The notes below the pieces were generated by a model. That model ran no database searches. It saw nothing but the letters and a program-made list of their open reading frames with translations, and was not told the DNA's origin. A DNA stretch of 62,427 bases from Kofleriaceae bacterium (GTDB lineage: Bacteria > Myxococcota_A > Polyangia > Haliangiales > Haliangiaceae). Shown here piece by piece: positions 59,076 through 62,427 of the stretch. The stretch is taken from the NCBI GenBank assembly GCA_046597055.1, contig JBKJLC010000040.1, forward strand, positions 1-62,427. The letters run 5' to 3'. The translations under genes and the position numbers were made by a program. Positions within the stretch are counted from its first letter, which is position 1. Each line of letters starts with the position of its first letter.

Positions 59076-59231
59076 TTACGACCGGTCCGGGTTGCCACCC
59101 GGGCACACGAAGCGGTTGTCCTTCGCACACGACAGCGCCAGGGTCTCGAAGACCTCGTCGGAGATCACCGCCGGGGGCTGGTACGGCTTGCGCGGGCGCT
59201 CGGCCTGCGGGTCCTTCTTGCCTTCGCTCAT
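59076..59231 (-). CDS. RiPP-precursor-like peptide, 51 aa (not in ORF track)
   Basis: MSEGKKDPQAERPRKPYQPPAVISDEVFETLALSCAKDNRFVCPGGNPDRS; GAGGA RBS; high GC3; KPYxxP leader motif. Confidence 0.8.
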   Translation of the reverse strand: MSEGKKDPQAERPRKPYQPPAVISDEVFETLALSCAKDNRFVCPGGNPDRS

Positions 59232-59300
59232 GAGTTCCTCACGGTAGCAGATCACCCAGGCCGGGCCAACGCCTGTTCCTGGGTGGTTCTGCTGGGTTGT

Positions 59301-62300
59301 CTAGTTGCCGTCGTCCCACAACATCTGGAAACCGCCATCGCGGTCGGCGCTCATGGTGTCAGCCCAACAGATGTCCTCGAGGCCGTCGGCGTTCACGTCG
59401 CCGGCCCAGATCGCGGTGACCGGGCTGCCGCCGTTCGGCACGGCGGCGCCCTCCCAGCTGGCCGGTCCGCTGATGACATGGTCGGCGGCTTCCAGCGCGC
59501 CCGCCGCGATCGGCCCGAACCAGACGTTCAGGACCACCCGTGGGCCAGCCGCGCGGCCGACCACGACCAGGTCCTCGAGCCCGTCGCCATCGACGTCGGG
59601 GGCCAGCGCTGCTGCGTTGTTGAGCACGGCCATGCCGAGCTTGGCCTGGACCGCGCTGGGCTGCGCGATGGAGGTGAGTCCGATACCGGGGTCGGCGACC
59701 GCCGCGACCCCGGCCGTGCCCACGGTGTCTCCGTCGACGACGTAGACCGCGCCGACGTCGTTGCCAGTGCGGAAATCTCCGATGACCAGGTCGCGGGCGC
59801 CGTCGCCGTTCTGATCCTGGATCGAGCCGACCGCGGAGCCCCACTCGAGGGTGGCGTCGGCCAGGGTCTGCTGGAGCCGCACGTCGCGGCCGACCACGAA
59901 CGGCTCGCGGGTGACGCCGGCGCTGGCCGGCCGACCGACACCACGGAGCACGAGCAGCTCGGCCCCGGCCAGGTTGTCCTCGACGAAGCCCACGGCGAGG
60001 TCGCCGGTCGCGTCGGTGGGGCCGCCGGTGCGGCCGACCGCGTGCAGGTAGAAGCCGAACAGATTCGGACCAGGCTGCTCGTACATGCGTGCGACCACGG
60101 TCCCGCTGGCCATCGCGGTCGTATCCGAGATCCGGACAAGCCCGAGCGGCACCGTGCGGCCGTAGAAGACTACCGCCGCACCCGAGGTGCCGCCCGCGCC
60201 GAAGACCGCGCTCGTCACCAGGTCGTCGGTGCCATCGCCGTCATGATCGGTGGTCGCGAGCTGCCAGCCGAGCGCGCTGCCCGAGAACCAGTTGGCGGTG
60301 GTGTTGACCCGGAGCTGGCGCGCGGCTGCGGTCGGGGCCGTCACCCCGGTCGGCAGCGCCGCACCGCCAGCGAACACGTAGATCGCGCCGCTGCCGCCGT
60401 CGGCGCCGGGCTCGCCGATCACGAGGTCGTCGCGCTCCGCGGCGCTCCACCGGATCCGCGCCAGGGACGAGCCCAGGGCGCCATCCCGGGTCGCGCCGCG
60501 GATCGTCAGCGCCGGCATGGTCGCCAGGCCGACCGCCGAGCCCAGGTAGACGTAGACCTCGCCCGCGCCGATCACGCCCGCGCTGGTGACGCCGGGCGCG
60601 GCGATCGCGATGTCGTCGAACGCGTCGTCGTTGAAGCGACCGCGCGCCATCGCCAGCCCCAGCCGGGCCTCGCCGGTGAGGTCGGGCGCGCTGGTCACGG
60701 CGCTCTGGTCGAACGCCGGGGTGAGCGGCCCGGCGATCTGGGCGACCGAGCGATTGCCGGCGCCATCGACCGCCGCGATCCCGACCCAGTAGGGCGTGCC
60801 GGCGCGCAGCGGGCTGACCCGCACGGTCTGCGCGGTGCCGGGCGCGGCCGGCGCCGGGCCGCTGATCGCGACGCCGGTCGTGTCGAAGTTGGCATCGGTC
60901 AGCACGGTGGTCGCGTAGCGGATCTCGTAGCTCGCCGCGGCCACGCCGTCGTCGCTGCTGGCGGTGAACGACAGCCGGATCGAGCGCCGGGTGTCAGCCA
61001 CCGCGCCCAGTCCGGCGACCGGCGTCGGCCCGGACAGGTCGACGGTGAGCGCCAGCGAGGCGATGCCGGCCCGAGCACCCTGGGTCGCGGTCGCGACGAT
61101 CGCGTACGGCATCGCGCGGGCCGCGAGCGTGATCTGCAGGCTCCAGCTGGTGCCGACCACGGTCGCGGCCAGCGGAGCGCCGCCATCCACCGTGATCGCG
61201 ACGCTCGAGCCAGTCGCGGAGACGGTGCCGGTCAGCGTGAAGGTCAGGCTGGTGCCGGAGACGGTGCCATCGGCCCCGCCGACCGTGCCGTCAGCGGCCG
61301 AGCCGGTGAAGGCGACCGCGATGTCGGCCAGCGTGACCCGGCAGGCCGGGGTCATCGCGGTGTTGCCGACCGCGTCGGTGGCGACGCCGACGAAGTCGTT
61401 GCTGCCGTTGGCCAGCGTCACCACGACCTCACCACCCGCGGCGTTGGCGTCGAGCGTCGCGGTCCCGCTCGCGTTGGTGACGCGTAGCCGCCGGTCCTCG
61501 GCGAGCGGCGACGACACCCGCATGCGGACCTGGATCCCGGCAAGGGCGGCATCGATGTCCTGCGCCGGCACCACGGTGCCCCCGCAGCTCACGCCCGCCG
61601 GCGCGGCGACCTGGACCGCCACGTTGGGCGCCTGGTTGTCGAACCGGAGCGCGACCCCGGCGGTGGTCTCGATGCCGTCGCTGCTGGTGACGCGGACGGT
61701 GCAGGTCTCCGCCGACTCGCACGGCAGGCCGTCGCAGACCGTTGCGCGCAGGGTCGCAGCGCCGCCGGCGCCGATCGTGGCGCCGGGATTATTGGCGCCG
61801 CAGTCCGACGTGATCGCGCGGCCGATGCACGCGTCGGCCACGTCGAGGACGATGTCGACCTGGGCCCCGTTGGCGGGGTTTCCGTCGACGTCGATCGTGG
61901 CGGTGCCGGTCGGCTGGATGACCGCGATCGCGCAGCCATCGTAGACGACCCGGTAGGTGTACATGGCCGAGCAGGCGTTATCGGCGTGGTCGGCGGTCGC
62001 GAAGCGGACCCCGTAATCGGCCGGGGTGGTCGGTGGCGCAAAGGTCACGTCGGCGGTCGAGTCGCCGGCCGCGTCGATGGCGGTGCCGGCCGCGGTCACG
62101 GCCACCCCGCCGGCCGGGGTGAGCACGAAGCTGGCGGCCTCGCCGGCGACATCGGTACCGCTGGCGTGGCCGACCAGCTCGAGCTGGACGCCGTTGCTGC
62201 GCATCCCGTCCGCGTCGAGCGCAAGCGTGATGCTGGTGGTCGGCACCGGGCTGGTCACCGCGCACGTCGGCGTCACCGTGTCGACCCACACCGAGGTGAG

Positions 62301-62426
62301 GCCAGTCGAGCGAGTGCCGAGGTTGCCGGGGCCGGCGCACTGGGCGCGCAGGCTGTCCTGGCCCTCGGGCAGGTTGACCGCGAGCCGGACCTCGCCCTCG
62401 GCGTTGGCGGTGCCGCTTCCGACCTG
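59301..62426 (-). CDS. Large secreted/surface protein with Ig-like repeats, an FN3-like domain and an FG-GAP beta-propeller (5' end outside window)
   Basis: Frame open to the window edge; FNDDAFDD, DHDGDGTDD, DQNGDGARD, DVDGDGLED, DVNADGLED Ca-binding loops. Confidence 0.88.
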   Translation of the reverse strand, partial: QVGSGTANAEGEVRLAVNLPEGQDSLRAQCAGPGNLGTRSTGLTSVWVDTVTPTCAVTSPVPTTSITLALDADGMRSNGVQLELVGHASGTDVAGEAASFVLTPAGGVAVTAAGTAIDAAGDSTADVTFAPPTTPADYGVRFATADHADNACSAMYTYRVVYDGCAIAVIQPTGTATIDVDGNPANGAQVDIVLDVADACIGRAITSDCGANNPGATIGAGGAATLRATVCDGLPCESAETCTVRVTSSDGIETTAGVALRFDNQAPNVAVQVAAPAGVSCGGTVVPAQDIDAALAGIQVRMRVSSPLAEDRRLRVTNASGTATLDANAAGGEVVVTLANGSNDFVGVATDAVGNTAMTPACRVTLADIAVAFTGSAADGTVGGADGTVSGTSLTFTLTGTVSATGSSVAITVDGGAPLAATVVGTSWSLQITLAARAMPYAIVATATQGARAGIASLALTVDLSGPTPVAGLGAVADTRRSIRLSFTASSDDGVAAASYEIRYATTVLTDANFDTTGVAISGPAPAAPGTAQTVRVSPLRAGTPYWVGIAAVDGAGNRSVAQIAGPLTPAFDQSAVTSAPDLTGEARLGLAMARGRFNDDAFDDIAIAAPGVTSAGVIGAGEVYVYLGSAVGLATMPALTIRGATRDGALGSSLARIRWSAAERDDLVIGEPGADGGSGAIYVFAGGAALPTGVTAPTAAARQLRVNTTANWFSGSALGWQLATTDHDGDGTDDLVTSAVFGAGGTSGAAVVFYGRTVPLGLVRISDTTAMASGTVVARMYEQPGPNLFGFYLHAVGRTGGPTDATGDLAVGFVEDNLAGAELLVLRGVGRPASAGVTREPFVVGRDVRLQQTLADATLEWGSAVGSIQDQNGDGARDLVIGDFRTGNDVGAVYVVDGDTVGTAGVAAVADPGIGLTSIAQPSAVQAKLGMAVLNNAAALAPDVDGDGLEDLVVVGRAAGPRVVLNVWFGPIAAGALEAADHVISGPASWEGAAVPNGGSPVTAIWAGDVNADGLEDICWADTMSADRDGGFQMLWDDGN

Positions 62427-62427
62427 G

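Noticed and set aside
58557..61487. 976-aa plus-strand ORF
   Set aside because: Antisense shadow of the FG-GAP, peptide and peptidase genes.

Overview
High-GC bacterial chromosomal DNA. Gene content (DUF4388 receiver protein, FHA/TPR membrane proteins, DnaK paralogue, DUF4157 protein, S46 lipoprotein peptidases) suggests a myxobacterium (Myxococcota); this is inferred, not shown. Two near-perfect parS palindromes (823-838, 2820-2835) beside rsmG place the left end near the origin/partition locus. The window is mostly housekeeping and accessory genes: bioAD, rsmG, larA-like, tsaD-rsmA-mutM, ECF sigma/anti-sigma, rnhB, two dynamin-like GTPases, folK, dinG, hisB-H-A-F-IE, a UvrD-family helicase, sodC and others. 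No rRNA, tRNA, CRISPR or transposase was recognised. Best signals missing from the ORF track: (1) a ~117-aa ORF at 45758-46111 reading through an in-frame TGA in a Cys-Thr-UGA context with an adjacent bacterial SECIS-like hairpin, i.e. a candidate selenoprotein; (2) a 51-aa RiPP-precursor-like ORF (59076-59231) co-oriented with an S26-type peptidase and an ACP/SDR/acyl-AMP ligase/LuxE/LuxC module; (3) a decaying tandem array of copies of the larA promoter and 5' end; (4) a DUF4157 effector with a probable partner gene; (5) dispersed REP-like palindromes and many apparently leaderless promoters. Start codons were chosen by eye and no database searches were run.
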